Shown here piece after piece: positions 9,208 to 21,355 of a stretch of DNA of 64,000 nt. The translations under genes were made by a program, and so were the position numbers. The stretch spans positions 554,940 through 618,939 of the forward strand of contig JAVJNR010000008.1 in the NCBI GenBank assembly GCA_040217195.1, in the 5' to 3' direction. Position 1 is the first letter of the stretch. Every line of letters starts with the position of its first letter. This DNA comes from Leptospiraceae bacterium. Lineage in GTDB: Bacteria; Spirochaetota; Leptospiria; Leptospirales; Leptonemataceae. The notes beneath the pieces are model-generated. The model did not search any database and had not been told where the DNA came from. It worked only from the letters and a program-made list of their open reading frames with translations.

Positions 9208-11400
9208 ATGGATCTCAGCGAAATCCAGAAAGCCTTTGTAATTGAGATTCGAGATCTACTGGATCGCGTGGAGGACAGTCTATTTCAGCTGGAGCAACAG
9301 ACCACTCCCGGCGAGCTGGATGCACTCTTTCGTGCTCTCCATACAATTAAAGGAAACTCTGGAATCTTTCAGGCCAGGCATCTAGAGTCTTTTGCACACA
9401 CAGTAGAAAGCCTGCTCGATAAATACAGAAGCGACCCATCACTATTCAATCCATCCGACGTACCTTTACTACTTTCCTGTAGAGATCATATTGAATCTCT
9501 ATCCACTGCAGAACTGGCTGAAGGGGCCACCGGTCAGATCCCGGACGAAGTGTTCCAACAGGACAAAGAACTCAAGAGTCAGATTTCGCTTCGCCTGGAG
9601 GAGCTTTCCGGTCCACAGGACAATACGGAGAGTATGACATCGGAAGAACAGGCCGAATTCGGTGTCTCTATCGGACCACCATTAAATCATCTTTCTGGAA
9701 GCTATCATATTTCCTTCCGACCTCCCGGGGATGCTATGAAGGCAGGCCTGGACCCTTTAAACTTCGTTCGATTTCTAAGAAACCTGGGTCAGATTCAATG
9801 CGTATTTACTGTACTGGATGGGTTGCCAACCTACAGCGACCTTGATCCGCAAATGGCATACCTGGGATTCGAGATCTTACTGGAAAGCGAAGAGCCCCCG
9901 GCTGCCATAGAGGATGCCTTTGAGTTTATCAAGCAAAACGGAATTCTACGAATCCATACGTCCGAAAGCACTGCTGCAGATTATAGACAGACTATAGAGA
10001 CACTTCCAGAATCAGAAGAAAGGCTGATCAAAATCTGGAAGGAGATGCCTTTTGCATTGCCTCTGGAAAAACTTCAGGCAGGTTCCCAGGCCGCGCCTGG
10101 ACCGGCCCAGGCCCCGGTAGAGCCAAAGATACAGTCTCAGACCGAAGTACCATCCTCGGCGAATACCGCCAGGCCAGCCTCTTCGGCCCCCGGTTCTAAC
10201 TCTATAAACTCTACATCCGCTCAGGAAGCATCGCAGACCACGTCTGCCAGTGCCCACTCCACATTGCGTGTAGATGCCTCGCGTCTTGATGCATTGATCA
10301 ACCTGGTGGGGGAGCTGGTCATTCAGTCCCAGAGCTTGAAACAAATATCCCGTGTATCCAAGGATGCTTCCCTGGGGGCATCAACCGACACTATGGAAAG
10401 GCTTATAGAGGATCTGCGCCAGCAGAGTATGAGTCTTAGAATGATAGAGATTGGTACTGTATTCCAGAAAATGCGTCGGGTAGTACACGATGCATCCATC
10501 GATCTAAAGAAAAAGATTCAGCTAAAATTGCAGGGCGAAGAGACGGAGCTGGATCGCGGAGTGATTGAACGAATACAGGATCCTCTGATACACCTGGTAA
10601 GAAACTCCATCGACCATGGCCTGGAAACTCCTGAAGAAAGAACCCAGGCTGGAAAATCTGAGACAGGAACCATTGAGCTGCGAGCCTTTCAGGACATGGG
10701 CCATGTTGTGGTAGAAATCGAAGACGATGGACAGGGAGTGAGCACTGATGCAGTTAAGAGAAGAGCCATCGAAAAAGGGATCATGACCCAGGACCAGGAA
10801 GTGGATCCAGAGGCACTTCATCAATGGATTTTCCATCCTGGATTTTCCACCAAAGAAACAGTGAATCAGTATTCTGGTCGCGGCGTGGGCCTGGATGTTG
10901 TGAAGCAGGATATTGAAGCCCTGGGCGGTTCAGTTCAATTGAGAAGCGTTGAGGGTCAGGGAACAAGAATTACATTAAGACTGCCCCTTACCCTGGCCAT
11001 CATTGATGGATTCCTGATTCGGGCGGCTGGTGTACACTTCGTAGTTCCTCTGGATATGGTATTTGAATGTACGGAGCTTTCGGCACATAAACGAACCGGA
11101 AATGCAGGCAATTATATAAATCTACGGGGCGATGTGGTTCCCTGTGTAAATCTTCCAGAAGCGTTTCAGATGCAATCGCCGGGAGCAAATGATCTGATTG
11201 TACTCCAGCAGGGAGACAATCGAGTGGGCCTGGTGGTGGATGAGCTTCTGGGAGAATACCAGACAGTGGTAAGAAAAGGCGGCAAGGTTCTCAGTAACCT
11301 TCCTGGAGTGAGCGGCGTTACGATCCTTGGAACAGGGCAGATTGCCTATATCCTGGATGTGAGCTCATTTTTCGGGGATAGAGAAGCCAGAGCCAGTTAA
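9208..11400 (+). CDS. cheA: chemotaxis histidine kinase CheA
   Basis: HPt FRALHTIKG, LRVDASRLDALINLVGEL, HLVRNSIDHG, SGRGVGLDVV, C-terminal CheW domain. Confidence 0.97.
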   Translation: MDLSEIQKAFVIEIRDLLDRVEDSLFQLEQQTTPGELDALFRALHTIKGNSGIFQARHLESFAHTVESLLDKYRSDPSLFNPSDVPLLLSCRDHIESLSTAELAEGATGQIPDEVFQQDKELKSQISLRLEELSGPQDNTESMTSEEQAEFGVSIGPPLNHLSGSYHISFRPPGDAMKAGLDPLNFVRFLRNLGQIQCVFTVLDGLPTYSDLDPQMAYLGFEILLESEEPPAAIEDAFEFIKQNGILRIHTSESTAADYRQTIETLPESEERLIKIWKEMPFALPLEKLQAGSQAAPGPAQAPVEPKIQSQTEVPSSANTARPASSAPGSNSINSTSAQEASQTTSASAHSTLRVDASRLDALINLVGELVIQSQSLKQISRVSKDASLGASTDTMERLIEDLRQQSMSLRMIEIGTVFQKMRRVVHDASIDLKKKIQLKLQGEETELDRGVIERIQDPLIHLVRNSIDHGLETPEERTQAGKSETGTIELRAFQDMGHVVVEIEDDGQGVSTDAVKRRAIEKGIMTQDQEVDPEALHQWIFHPGFSTKETVNQYSGRGVGLDVVKQDIEALGGSVQLRSVEGQGTRITLRLPLTLAIIDGFLIRAAGVHFVVPLDMVFECTELSAHKRTGNAGNYINLRGDVVPCVNLPEAFQMQSPGANDLIVLQQGDNRVGLVVDELLGEYQTVVRKGGKVLSNLPGVSGVTILGTGQIAYILDVSSFFGDREARAS

Positions 11401-11498
11401 TGCGCCGTACGGATATTGTACCATCCGGCGGCCAGATTAGTGGAATGATCATATTTCGGATACCGGGTCAGAATTAATCCTGGATTTCCGATTGGAGA

Positions 11499-13172
11499 AT
11501 GAAAATGTTAAAGAATCTATCGGTGAAAGCAAAACTTGGAGTGCTGTTAACGTTACTGAGCACACTATTATTGGTCATCGGCTCACTGGGGCTGTATGGA
11601 ATGAACGACGTAGTGACCAGTCTTCGCAGTGTCTACAATGATCGTACAATACCCCTCGAAAAACTGGCAAAAATTCGCGCCCTTCTACTATTAAACCGAG
11701 TTGCCATTACTGCAGCCGTAACATCGGAAGACGAAGCCTTCATTAGAGAAGAAATCGCACAGGTGGAAAGCAACCTGAAGGCCATCGATGAGGAATGGTC
11801 TGAATACATGCGAACCAACCATACCGATGAAGAAGACCGACTGGCCCAGAAGTGGGAGACGGACTATGCGAAGCTTCGAGATGATGGTATGGAAGTAGCA
11901 ATAGCCCAGTTAAAGACGGGAAACCAGGAAGGAGCCAACAATACAATCGCCACCAGGATCAGGCCACTCTATGAACCTGTGGGCAAAGATATGGATGATC
12001 TGGTGGAGCTTCAAGACCGGTTAGCAGCCGAATTATTCCATGCAGGTGAGGCCGAGTACAATGTAATTTTGATTATCACCGTAAGCGCAATCGTGATTGG
12101 CGTGTTGTTCGCCATTATTCTGGGAGCTCTGATTATTCGAAGTATTACCAATCCGTTGGCCAGAGCAGTGGACCTGGCCAATCGCCTGGCCGAGGGAGAT
12201 CTCACTCATCAAGTAACCGTAGATTCTAAAGATGAAATCGGTAATCTGATGGAAGCTCTGCGCAACATGGTGATCAAGCTATCTGCTATTATTTCAGAAG
12301 TTCGCCAGAATGCAGGAATCTTGAATCAGGTTTCGCAGCAGGTAAACTCCTCGGCTCAGTCCATGAGCCAGAATTCCTCCGAACTTGCAGCCAACGTAGA
12401 AGAAAGCTCCTCCACGATGGAAGAGATGGTATCTAGCATAGTACAGAATACCGAGAATGCAGGACTTACGGAAAAGATTGCGCAGGAATCCGCCGGTGCA
12501 GCCAAAGAAGGTAGCGCCGCCGTGCGACGAACCATCGATGCAATGCAACAGATCGCAGACAAGATTAACGTAGTACAGGAAATCGCCTACCAGACCAACC
12601 TGCTGGCACTGAATGCAGCCATTGAAGCAGCCCGAGCCGGCGAGCATGGCCAGGGATTTGCAGTTGTGGCCACTGAAGTGCGAAAGCTGGCCGAACGAAG
12701 TAGAGGATCGGCTCAGGAAATCAGCGAAATCGCAGCCAATTCAGTCGATGTGGCAGCAAAAGCAGGAACTTTGATCGAAGATATGCAACCAAGCATCCAG
12801 AAAACGGCGGATCTAGTCGTTGAAATCTCTGCATCATCGCGACAGCAGAAAGATGGTGCAGAACAGATCAATACAGGAATTCAACAGATGAGCCAGGTAT
12901 CTCAGCAAAGTGCCTCCTCGGCTGAAGAACTGGCAGCCACTGCCGAAGAATTGTCCGGTCAGGCTGATTCTTTACTTGATAACCTGTCTTTCTTTAAAGT
13001 AGATGAAAGCAAGTCCGGCCAGAAGAAGCGTGGTGGCTATCAATCGGCCTCTACTGGCCTGGGAGCCGCCCAACCGACAAATGGCCGATCCAACGAACCT
13101 GCGAGAGCGGCGCAGCCCAGAAAACAGGATTCGGAAAGCTCTGGCAATCAGGCTGATTTTGAGAAATTCTAA
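11499..13172 (+). CDS. methyl-accepting chemotaxis protein (4HB sensor, HAMP) with C-terminal pentapeptide DFEKF
   Basis: Two TM helices, [34 protein letters not shown]. Confidence 0.95.
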   Translation: MKMLKNLSVKAKLGVLLTLLSTLLLVIGSLGLYGMNDVVTSLRSVYNDRTIPLEKLAKIRALLLLNRVAITAAVTSEDEAFIREEIAQVESNLKAIDEEWSEYMRTNHTDEEDRLAQKWETDYAKLRDDGMEVAIAQLKTGNQEGANNTIATRIRPLYEPVGKDMDDLVELQDRLAAELFHAGEAEYNVILIITVSAIVIGVLFAIILGALIIRSITNPLARAVDLANRLAEGDLTHQVTVDSKDEIGNLMEALRNMVIKLSAIISEVRQNAGILNQVSQQVNSSAQSMSQNSSELAANVEESSSTMEEMVSSIVQNTENAGLTEKIAQESAGAAKEGSAAVRRTIDAMQQIADKINVVQEIAYQTNLLALNAAIEAARAGEHGQGFAVVATEVRKLAERSRGSAQEISEIAANSVDVAAKAGTLIEDMQPSIQKTADLVVEISASSRQQKDGAEQINTGIQQMSQVSQQSASSAEELAATAEELSGQADSLLDNLSFFKVDESKSGQKKRGGYQSASTGLGAAQPTNGRSNEPARAAQPRKQDSESSGNQADFEKF

Positions 13173-13175
13173 ACC

Positions 13176-13751
13176 ATGGCTGAAGATAGACAAATACTTT
13201 CGTTTAATTGTGGAGACCAGGTCTTTGGCCTGGAAATCTCATTCCTTCGAGAGATCATCGAAAACCAGACTTTGACTCAGATACCTCTGATGCCCGAGCA
13301 TATTCGAGGTGTCTTAAATCTACGTGGTAACGTGGTGCCCGTTATCGATCTGAAGGCCAGATTGTGGGGCATGACCACCAGGGTAAGCAAGCTCAGTTGC
13401 ATTCTGGTTGTGGAATTTCATGGAAAGGCTACGGAAACCCTGGGCCTTCTTGTGGATTCAGTCAATGAGGTGATCCGCGTACCCGCGGAGAATGTGGAGC
13501 ATACTCCTGAGCTGGGGGCACGCATCCGAACTGACTTTATGGACGGAATTGCGAAGGTAAACGATGAATTCATCATCCTGCTTAGAGCGGACATGGTTCT
13601 GAATCTGGATGAGCTGGCTCAAGTTCATGAAACACTGAAACTAACAGGCAAAGATCTCACCGAGGAACTTCCCCCATTGGACGATACACTACCGGAAACT
13701 GAATCCGCTGGTTCTAAAACAGATCGTCCGGCCTCCTCTCAGTCCACGTAA
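13176..13751 (+). CDS. cheW: chemotaxis coupling protein CheW
   Basis: GVLNLRGNVVPVIDL, GLLVDSV. Confidence 0.95.
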   Translation: MAEDRQILSFNCGDQVFGLEISFLREIIENQTLTQIPLMPEHIRGVLNLRGNVVPVIDLKARLWGMTTRVSKLSCILVVEFHGKATETLGLLVDSVNEVIRVPAENVEHTPELGARIRTDFMDGIAKVNDEFIILLRADMVLNLDELAQVHETLKLTGKDLTEELPPLDDTLPETESAGSKTDRPASSQST

Positions 13752-13941
13752 GCTTATCCTGCCTGTGTCAGCGGAGTATCCGGTGGCTTTTTACTCGACC
13801 TATTGGCACAGGCCAATACATTGTCCCCGTTCCACGGTATAGAAATTTCAATTCAGGGACCGACCGCTCCCGCACTCACAGCCATCTGGCCGGACCCAAC
13901 AATGTACCGCAGTGGAGCCCAGTTCAAACCAGGAAGGCACA

Positions 13942-15696
13942 ATGATTCAGGGATTCAGAAAATCGATCTATCTAAGTATGACTCTGGGGCTGCTTTTCAG
14001 CACCGCACTGATGGCTGAAGAGGAAGCTCTGAAGCGTCTGGAGCCCATTCGCACAGATAGCCCCCGGGAAACCATGCAATCATTCATGGAGGCCATGAAT
14101 GATTATAGGACAGGCAAAGACCAGGGGATCGCTGAAAAGGAAGCCCGAATTCAAGATGCACTTCGAACCCTGGACCTATCTGAAATTCCAGCTGTAACCA
14201 GAGAAGAAAAAGGACGGGAGGCGGCCATGCTTCTCAAGGAGGTAATGGACCGGGTCATTGTTATAGATTATCAGAGAATCCCTGCAGAAACGGATGAGGA
14301 ACCTCTGCCCACTCGTTGGAGACTGGCAGGCACCGAAATAATAATTGTTGAGCAGAAGGATGGCGAACGTGCCGGCGAATATTTGTTTAGCTCCAATACC
14401 ATCCAGCGAAGTCGGGAATTCTATGAAAAAGTGAGGGACCTGCCCTATCTGGAAGGATCCGGTGGTGGGGCCGCTTACAAGGATCCCTGGATGGACCAGT
14501 ACATACCCTCCTGGGCGCAGAAGAAGGTTCTGGGTCTGCTTACCTGGCAATGGATGGGACTGGCCATCGTAATTCTAATAGGTTTAATCATTCGCACGAT
14601 CGTTAAATTCTCCGTGGGCAAACTTGTTATCCTTGTTTCCAAGAGTGAAACCAAGTGGGATGATAAACTAATCGATGCGCTTCGGGGCCCCACGGGCTTC
14701 GCAGTGGCTACCTTGTTCTGGTATTTTTCATTGAAGTACCTGAGGTTCGACGGAGGCGTACTTACTTTCTTTAACGTAATCATCCAGATGCTTTTTAGTG
14801 TTAACTTCATCTGGCTGGCCTATCGCCTCACTGGTGTGGCTACAGAGTACATGACTGCAATTGCATCCAAGACCGAGTCCACACTGGATGATCAGCTTGT
14901 CCCCCTTCTTTCGAGAACTCTTAAGATCTTTGTTGTTGTTTTTGGAGTGCTGGTCACGATTCAGAATCTAGGAATAAATGTAATGTCGGTTCTGGCCGGT
15001 CTGGGTATTGGAGGTCTGGCCTTTGCTCTGGCTGCCAAGGATGCTGTGGCTAACTTCTTTGGATCACTGATGATTCTATTCGACAAACCGTTTCAGGCCG
15101 GAGAATGGATCAAGGTGGGTGAAGCAGAAGGTACGGTTGAAGAGATTGGATTTCGCTCCACCAGGATTCGGACTTTCTATAATTCATTGATCTCTATTCC
15201 GAACGCGGAGTTGATGAATGCTAAAATCGATAATATGGGTAGAAGGGAGTATCGCCGACTGCTTCTGAAGCTGGGAGTCACATACGATACAGGTCCGGAT
15301 AAACTGGAAGGATTTCTGGAAGGCATTAAAAATATTATCAAAGCCAACCCCCATACAAGAAAGGATTACTATCATGTTGTGTTTCATGAATACGGACCGG
15401 ATAGCCTTGTTATCATGGTCTATGTATTCTTCAAGGTTCCGGACTGGTCAACAGAGCTTGTGGAGCGCCAGAACCTGATGCTGGAGATCTACCGCCTGGC
15501 GCAGTCCATGGGAGTGGAGTTTGCTTTTCCTACTCAGACATTGCATGTGGAGACATTTCCAGAAAAGAAGGCTTACCGAGTCTCCCAGGAAAAAGCCGTG
15601 GAAGACATAAAGAAGATTGCTGCCGAGTACGGACCCAACGGCCCTCAGGCCAGACCAGCCGGCCAGGGAATCTTCGTCCCTCCCCATACAGAATAA
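13942..15696 (+). CDS. MscS-family mechanosensitive channel with periplasmic N-terminal domain
   Basis: AGLGIGGLAFALAAKD, GTVEEIGFRSTRIRT, FAFPTQTL. Confidence 0.92.
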   Translation: MIQGFRKSIYLSMTLGLLFSTALMAEEEALKRLEPIRTDSPRETMQSFMEAMNDYRTGKDQGIAEKEARIQDALRTLDLSEIPAVTREEKGREAAMLLKEVMDRVIVIDYQRIPAETDEEPLPTRWRLAGTEIIIVEQKDGERAGEYLFSSNTIQRSREFYEKVRDLPYLEGSGGGAAYKDPWMDQYIPSWAQKKVLGLLTWQWMGLAIVILIGLIIRTIVKFSVGKLVILVSKSETKWDDKLIDALRGPTGFAVATLFWYFSLKYLRFDGGVLTFFNVIIQMLFSVNFIWLAYRLTGVATEYMTAIASKTESTLDDQLVPLLSRTLKIFVVVFGVLVTIQNLGINVMSVLAGLGIGGLAFALAAKDAVANFFGSLMILFDKPFQAGEWIKVGEAEGTVEEIGFRSTRIRTFYNSLISIPNAELMNAKIDNMGRREYRRLLLKLGVTYDTGPDKLEGFLEGIKNIIKANPHTRKDYYHVVFHEYGPDSLVIMVYVFFKVPDWSTELVERQNLMLEIYRLAQSMGVEFAFPTQTLHVETFPEKKAYRVSQEKAVEDIKKIAAEYGPNGPQARPAGQGIFVPPHTE

Positions 15697-15697
15697 T

Positions 15698-15919
15698 ATG
15701 CGCTCCCTCCGTGTAACAGTGAAGCCCAACTGCAAGACCGTGGGAGTGGAGAAGACCTCGGAGGACCACTGGGTTGTGCGGGTTCGCGAGCCGGCCACGG
15801 AGGGAAAAGCAAATCGCGCAGTCATACTTGCAGTGGCCCGGGAGCTGGAAGTCCCTCCCTCCGCGGTGACCATCCATAGAGGTGAAAAGGGAAAGGAAAA
15901 GCAGCTAAGAATCATTTAG
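15698..15919 (+). CDS. DUF167 (YggU-like) protein
   Basis: VTVKPN...VRVREPATEGKANRAV...I.RGE..K.K. Confidence 0.85.
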   Translation: MRSLRVTVKPNCKTVGVEKTSEDHWVVRVREPATEGKANRAVILAVARELEVPPSAVTIHRGEKGKEKQLRII

Positions 15920-16205
15920 CTAGCCCGGGCCACTAACAACGCCTCGGGCTTCGAGCCACTAACTCCATTTTGCCTCGGATGATGGCCAGGTCTATTCCGC
16001 TCACTGTTCTGGCCCCGGTGCCCGTCCATTGGCTGCATTGCGTTTTTGGGATAATTCGGAGCGACTTTCGAAAGTTATTTCTCTGCCGGCATTGACTTTC
16101 TTAAGAAGTGCAATGCCTGTCCTGAATATCCATATCTGCTTTCAAATCTAAAACAATTGACAGTACAGCGGTTCCTTCGCTTCCTCTTAGAAGCAGGAGA
16201 ACTAA

Positions 16206-18881
16206 ATGTCTATCAAAGATGCATCCCTAAAATCACTTAAGACTTCCGCCGGTGACGTAAAAATCCATAAACTGGACATTATTGAGAAAGAAGGACTGGG
16301 AAAACTGGATCAGCTTCCGTTCAGTATTCGCATCCTGCTGGAAACAGCTATTCGTAATCTGGATGGTTATCGCGTTGAGGAAAAAGACATCCATTCCGTG
16401 GCTGCCTACGATGCTCATAAGCCCTCTTCTAAAGAGTTTCCTTATTTGCCCGGACGAGTCGTCCTGCAGGACTTCACCGGCGTTCCCTGCGTAGTAGACC
16501 TGGCCGCTCTGCGAAGCGCCATGGTACGTATGAAAGGAGATCCGTCCCGAATTAATCCACAGGTTCGAGTGGACCTGGTCATCGACCACAGCATCCAGGT
16601 AGATTTCTTTGGTCAAAATGATGCACTGATAAAAAATATGGAGCGCGAATTTGAGCGCAATCAAGAAAGATACGAATTCCTGAAATGGGGTCAGCAGGCC
16701 TTCCAGAACTTTGGAGTGGTACCTCCAGGAGCCGGAATTGTTCACCAGGTAAACCTGGAATACCTTGCAGGCGTTGTTTTACAGAAAGATGGAGTTGCCT
16801 TTCCGGACAGTCTTGTGGGAACCGATTCGCACACCACCATGATTAATGGTCTGGGTGTGCTCGGCTGGGGCGTAGGAGGCATCGAAGCAGAAGCCGTAAT
16901 GCTTGGTCAGCCAATGTACATGCTTCTGCCTCAAGTCGTTGGATTCAAATTAATAGGCCAGCTACCCGAAGGTGCCACGGCCACTGACCTGGTTCTTACA
17001 GTAACTCAGATGTTGCGCAAGAAGGGTGTGGTAGAGAAGTTCGTAGAGTTCTATGGCCCTGGACTGAGTTCCATGGGCCTGGCCGACCGGGCCACCATTG
17101 CCAACATGGCCCCGGAGTATGGAGCCACCACCGGCTTCTTCCCGGTGGATGCAGAGACCCTGAATTATATGCTTCGCACCGGAAGAACTAAAGAGCAGGT
17201 AGACCTGGTAGAAGCCTACTACAAAGAACAGGGAATGTTTCGCACGGACAGCACGCCGGATCCAGTGTACTCAGATTCTCTGGAACTGGATCTTAGCACT
17301 GTGGAACCATCTCTGGCCGGACCCAAGCGTCCTCAAGATCGCATTGCCATGACATCTCTGAAAGGCAAATGGAACGAATTATTGAAATCCTCTGTTAAAG
17401 ATGGTGGCTACGAACTGGACTCCAGTGCCATTGAGCAGAAAGGTCATATCAAGAATGGTTACGAAGCAGACATCGGACATGGAGATGTGGTCATAGCAGC
17501 CATCACATCATGTACGAACACATCCAATCCAAACGTTATGGTGGGCGCCGGGCTTCTGGCCAAGAATGCCGTTGAGAAAGGACTGGAAGTTAAACCATAT
17601 GTAAAAACCTCTCTGGCTCCTGGATCTCGGGTTGTGACTGACTATCTGGATCGGTCCGGACTAACCGAGTATCTGGATAAGCTTGGTTTTCAAACCGTAG
17701 GGTACGGTTGCACCACCTGTATTGGAAATTCGGGCCCCATTCCAGACCCAGTTGTAGATGCAATCAATGAAGGTAACCTGGTGGCTGCCAGCGTCCTGTC
17801 CGGTAACCGAAATTTTGAAGGCCGAATTTCCCCTCACGTTAAGGCTAACTTTCTGGCCAGTCCTCCTCTGGTTGTTGCCTATGCATTGGCCGGCACCATG
17901 GACATTGACCTTTCCAAAGATCCTATTGGAAAAGGTAAAGATGGTAACGATGTATTCCTGAAAGATATATGGCCTACCACGGACGATATTCACAAGACCG
18001 TGGCCTCCGCCATCGAACCTGAAATGTACACATCCAGGTACGGAAACGTCCGCGTAGTAAATGAAATGTGGAATGATATTCCAGTGGCTGAAGGTCAGAT
18101 CTATGAATGGCAGGACAAGTCTACCTACATTCAAGAGCCCCCTTTCTTCATTGATATGCCTCTTGAAATACCACCGCTGAGCGACATCAAAGATGCAAAA
18201 TGCCTGGTAAAAGTGGCCGATTCAGTAACCACGGATCATATCAGTCCAGCCGGAGCGATCGCCAGAGACAGCGCCGCCGGACAATATCTCCAGGATAACG
18301 GCGTTGAAGTAAAGGAATTCAACTCCTATGGATCTCGCCGGGGTAATGACCGGGTAATGACTCGGGGAACGTTTGCAAATATTCGTTTACGAAACCAGAT
18401 TGCGCCGGGAACCGAAGGTGGAATTACCAGGCTGCTCCCCGAAGGTAAGCAGATGTCTATCTACGATGCAAGCCTGGAGTATAAGAAACGAAATACTCCG
18501 CTCATTGTGCTTGCAGGGGCAGAATATGGCACAGGTTCATCCCGGGACTGGGCGGCCAAAGGAACCTTTTTGCTTGGCGTTCGCGCAGTGATCGCAACAA
18601 GCTTTGAAAGGATTCACCGATCCAATCTCGTAGGCATGGGTGTTCTACCTCTGGTCTTTCAGGAAGGCCAGAGCCATGAAAGCCTTGGACTAACCGGAGA
18701 AGAGACATTCGAGATTCTGGGCCTATCTGATGATTTGAAGCCCCGCCAGGAACTGACCGTCAAAGCAGACGACAAAGAATTCAAGGTAGTTTGCAGACTG
18801 GACAACCCGGTGGAAATAGATTATTACAAGAATGGCGGAATACTTCAAACGGTCCTTCGATCTTTTGTTAAGAATAGCTGA
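16206..18881 (+). CDS. acnA: aconitate hydratase A
   Basis: [59 protein letters not shown] upstream. Confidence 0.98.
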   Translation: MSIKDASLKSLKTSAGDVKIHKLDIIEKEGLGKLDQLPFSIRILLETAIRNLDGYRVEEKDIHSVAAYDAHKPSSKEFPYLPGRVVLQDFTGVPCVVDLAALRSAMVRMKGDPSRINPQVRVDLVIDHSIQVDFFGQNDALIKNMEREFERNQERYEFLKWGQQAFQNFGVVPPGAGIVHQVNLEYLAGVVLQKDGVAFPDSLVGTDSHTTMINGLGVLGWGVGGIEAEAVMLGQPMYMLLPQVVGFKLIGQLPEGATATDLVLTVTQMLRKKGVVEKFVEFYGPGLSSMGLADRATIANMAPEYGATTGFFPVDAETLNYMLRTGRTKEQVDLVEAYYKEQGMFRTDSTPDPVYSDSLELDLSTVEPSLAGPKRPQDRIAMTSLKGKWNELLKSSVKDGGYELDSSAIEQKGHIKNGYEADIGHGDVVIAAITSCTNTSNPNVMVGAGLLAKNAVEKGLEVKPYVKTSLAPGSRVVTDYLDRSGLTEYLDKLGFQTVGYGCTTCIGNSGPIPDPVVDAINEGNLVAASVLSGNRNFEGRISPHVKANFLASPPLVVAYALAGTMDIDLSKDPIGKGKDGNDVFLKDIWPTTDDIHKTVASAIEPEMYTSRYGNVRVVNEMWNDIPVAEGQIYEWQDKSTYIQEPPFFIDMPLEIPPLSDIKDAKCLVKVADSVTTDHISPAGAIARDSAAGQYLQDNGVEVKEFNSYGSRRGNDRVMTRGTFANIRLRNQIAPGTEGGITRLLPEGKQMSIYDASLEYKKRNTPLIVLAGAEYGTGSSRDWAAKGTFLLGVRAVIATSFERIHRSNLVGMGVLPLVFQEGQSHESLGLTGEETFEILGLSDDLKPRQELTVKADDKEFKVVCRLDNPVEIDYYKNGGILQTVLRSFVKNS

Positions 18882-18889
18882 TCACAAAG

Positions 18890-19273
18890 ATGCGCATGGG
18901 AAGGATAAAGATGCAAAGAAGGCTAAATCTGCTGCTCGGGTTAATACTCTTCGCAGCTGGCATTTCCTGTGGTGCAGAAGCCCATGAAAACCAGGAAAAG
19001 AGTATGAACGAGATCAAAACGATGATTGAGAATGGTGCGGCGATAATTGATGTGCGGTCTCCCATGGAGTATAATATGGGTCACTATCCTGAGGCTAAAA
19101 ACATTCCCGTTACCGAACTTCAAAAAAGAGTCGATGAAGTTGGTCCAAAGGACCGGCCAGTTGTAGTCTATTGTGCTTCGGGAGGTAGAAGCGAAACAGC
19201 CCGCAACTTCCTGAAATCCATGGGCTATGAAACTGTAGTGAATGCCGGCGGACTATCCAGTATGCCGCGGTGA
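18890..19273 (+). CDS. rhodanese-like domain protein, probable lipoprotein
   Basis: IIDVRSPMEY..GH, active loop YCASGGRS, leader ending GISC. The true start may be later (MQRRLN...). Confidence 0.85.
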   Translation: MRMGRIKMQRRLNLLLGLILFAAGISCGAEAHENQEKSMNEIKTMIENGAAIIDVRSPMEYNMGHYPEAKNIPVTELQKRVDEVGPKDRPVVVYCASGGRSETARNFLKSMGYETVVNAGGLSSMPR

Positions 19274-20799
19274 CAGTATTCGGAAAAAAATTCAGGGGAG
19301 TTTCCCTGATTCAAAAGGCCTGCCTGATCCTTATTGCAGGCCTTTTCCTTTATAGAGCGCCAGCCTACGCTCCGGATACAGAATTCATAATCGGTGGCTT
19401 CAGTAGCGATACGGCCATTCCAATTCTGATGGCCAACTCGGATTACTTCTCTCCTTTCAGTCTTTATTACTGGGGACAGGACCGGTTTGGCTCCTGGCCT
19501 TTTCTGGCATTTCGCGCCCTTGGAAATAACTGGGATTATTATTCTATTTATCTGGGAATGTACATCTACCTCCACCTGGGCTTCATGTACTTCTTTCGAA
19601 ATCGCAACCCATTGCTTCTTACACTGGTATTACTTCTCTTGCACTTCTGGCGACCTGTATCCGGTTTCATTTTCGACATAGCCCAGCCTTATGGCTGGCA
19701 ATTGGGTACCATCTTGTTCGCACTGGGGCTGACGGAAAGTCGCAGTCGAAAATGGCATCCCTGGCTTTATTTCTTTTTATCCTTTCTTGGCATCTGGCTC
19801 AGTCCCTCCAGCGCGCTATATCTTCTGGGTTATCCTTTTTTGAAGGGAATCGCCCGAGAAGGTCCTTTGCTAAGGCGAGCCATGGACGGATTGAGGAAAT
19901 GCCTTCCAGTGTTTCTCGCATACTGGGGCCATGGTCTGTTGAGACGCTATGTAGTTCAGTTCAATGGAAATGCCTTTTATCAGGAATACGAAACCCCGCT
20001 ACGATGGAAACTGGAATACATAGGTACTGCCTGGAAGGCCGTTCTCAATGACGTTCTAGAAAATTGGGAACTGGCTATCTGGATTGTCTCTCTGGGATTC
20101 CTGCTTTCCGTGCTCTCAGTATTCAGCCTGAGAAACCGAAGCTTTAGTCTCCGGCGGCAGACAATGTCTGTGGCTTTACTCGCAGCTTCGGCGCTATTTC
20201 TACTATCAATCCTTCCTCTTAACTGGTTTACTTTGAATCAATTTGGTGCCAGATACCTGGCTCTACCTCGGTTCTTGATTCCAGTAGGATTGATTCTATT
20301 TCTATGGAATTTTCTGAAAGCAAGAGTGCCTGCCCTGCCCTGGTCAACTGGTCCACGGCCGGGCCCGAACCTGAGCGGCTTTGTTGCTTCATTGATTCTG
20401 TTGATTGTCCTGCTTCCCTCCATGCCCGAGCGCAAATTGTCTGAGCCGTTCGAGTACAGGCAGTCCATCGCAGCAGACCTGGAATCGAAGTATCCGGGGC
20501 TGCCACTTATCGGCAATTACTGGGAGACCTATGTTTATGCTGCTCTGCAACGTACCGCCAATATACCTCAACCAGGTCACGGACAGTATCAGAGAACCCC
20601 CTTTCTATTACCCGATGTTCTGGCCGGGCAGCAAATACTGGTAAATCATGAAGGACTTCCGGCTACGACGATAAAAAACGGTATTCCGTTAGGAGAATTT
20701 CGCTTCCGCGGACAAATCTATGTTCTAAAAGAAGAGAACGTATTGAATCGAAACCCAAGAATCTCGCTCTATGCAAAGAGCAGCGGCCAGAACAGATAA
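19270..20799 (+). CDS. polytopic membrane protein of unknown function (GT-C-like topology possible)
   Basis: 509 aa, many TM helices, YYWGQDRFG loop; GTGA overlap with the previous gene. Confidence 0.6.
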   Translation: MTVFGKKFRGVSLIQKACLILIAGLFLYRAPAYAPDTEFIIGGFSSDTAIPILMANSDYFSPFSLYYWGQDRFGSWPFLAFRALGNNWDYYSIYLGMYIYLHLGFMYFFRNRNPLLLTLVLLLLHFWRPVSGFIFDIAQPYGWQLGTILFALGLTESRSRKWHPWLYFFLSFLGIWLSPSSALYLLGYPFLKGIAREGPLLRRAMDGLRKCLPVFLAYWGHGLLRRYVVQFNGNAFYQEYETPLRWKLEYIGTAWKAVLNDVLENWELAIWIVSLGFLLSVLSVFSLRNRSFSLRRQTMSVALLAASALFLLSILPLNWFTLNQFGARYLALPRFLIPVGLILFLWNFLKARVPALPWSTGPRPGPNLSGFVASLILLIVLLPSMPERKLSEPFEYRQSIAADLESKYPGLPLIGNYWETYVYAALQRTANIPQPGHGQYQRTPFLLPDVLAGQQILVNHEGLPATTIKNGIPLGEFRFRGQIYVLKEENVLNRNPRISLYAKSSGQNR

Positions 20800-20899
20800 C
20801 ATCCATCCGCGAAACGAATATCTTCTATCTATTAAAACTGTCCGGCAGGGTTAAGTTAGCCTCCGAAAAATCGATATTTAAATTATCGGAGCGCCAGGA

Positions 20900-21268
20900 A
20901 TGAAAGCATCTCAAAACCAGATCGAATCAGCCAATACTAATCCAGGAGCAACCAGTGAATTTCTGGCCCTTCTGGAAAGCGGAAATGAGCTACGCATTCG
21001 CCTGCGGGGACAGCTAAACCTGGACAATCATAGCAACCTGAGAGAGCTTTTGGAAGAGGTATTGAACCGCACCGAGCAACCGCTGATTATTCTGGATATG
21101 TCCGGTGTAAGCAGTATTGCATCCAGCGCCTTTGGTGCCCTTGTGGATTTCGCACGCAGGTCCTTCCTGAAACAGCGAACATTGATTCTAGACAACCTAT
21201 CGCCGGATTGCGAACGAGTTCTGGATCTGCTCAGGCTGCGCCCTTTGTTTAACGTAAATCAAAACTAA
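20900..21268 (+). CDS. STAS / anti-sigma-factor antagonist
   Basis: IILDMSGVSSIASSAFGALV STAS motif. Confidence 0.8.
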   Translation: MKASQNQIESANTNPGATSEFLALLESGNELRIRLRGQLNLDNHSNLRELLEEVLNRTEQPLIILDMSGVSSIASSAFGALVDFARRSFLKQRTLILDNLSPDCERVLDLLRLRPLFNVNQN

Positions 21269-21275
21269 TAATAGC

Positions 21276-21300
21276 CCGGCAGAACTGCGAGTCCTGCCGG
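21276..21300. terminator. GC-rich hairpin between convergent genes
   Basis: CCGGCAGAACT-GCG-AGTCCTGCCGG with one mismatch; no clear U-tract. Confidence 0.4.
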
Positions 21301-21355
21301 ACCTTGAACGGAGACATGGCTCAGAAGCTCGGTCCTGCATTCGCCGGCTTTGAAC

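Noticed and set aside
15929..15979. Short direct repeat GCCACTAAC...GCCTCGG (2 copies)
   Set aside because: Only two short imperfect copies; no supportable function.
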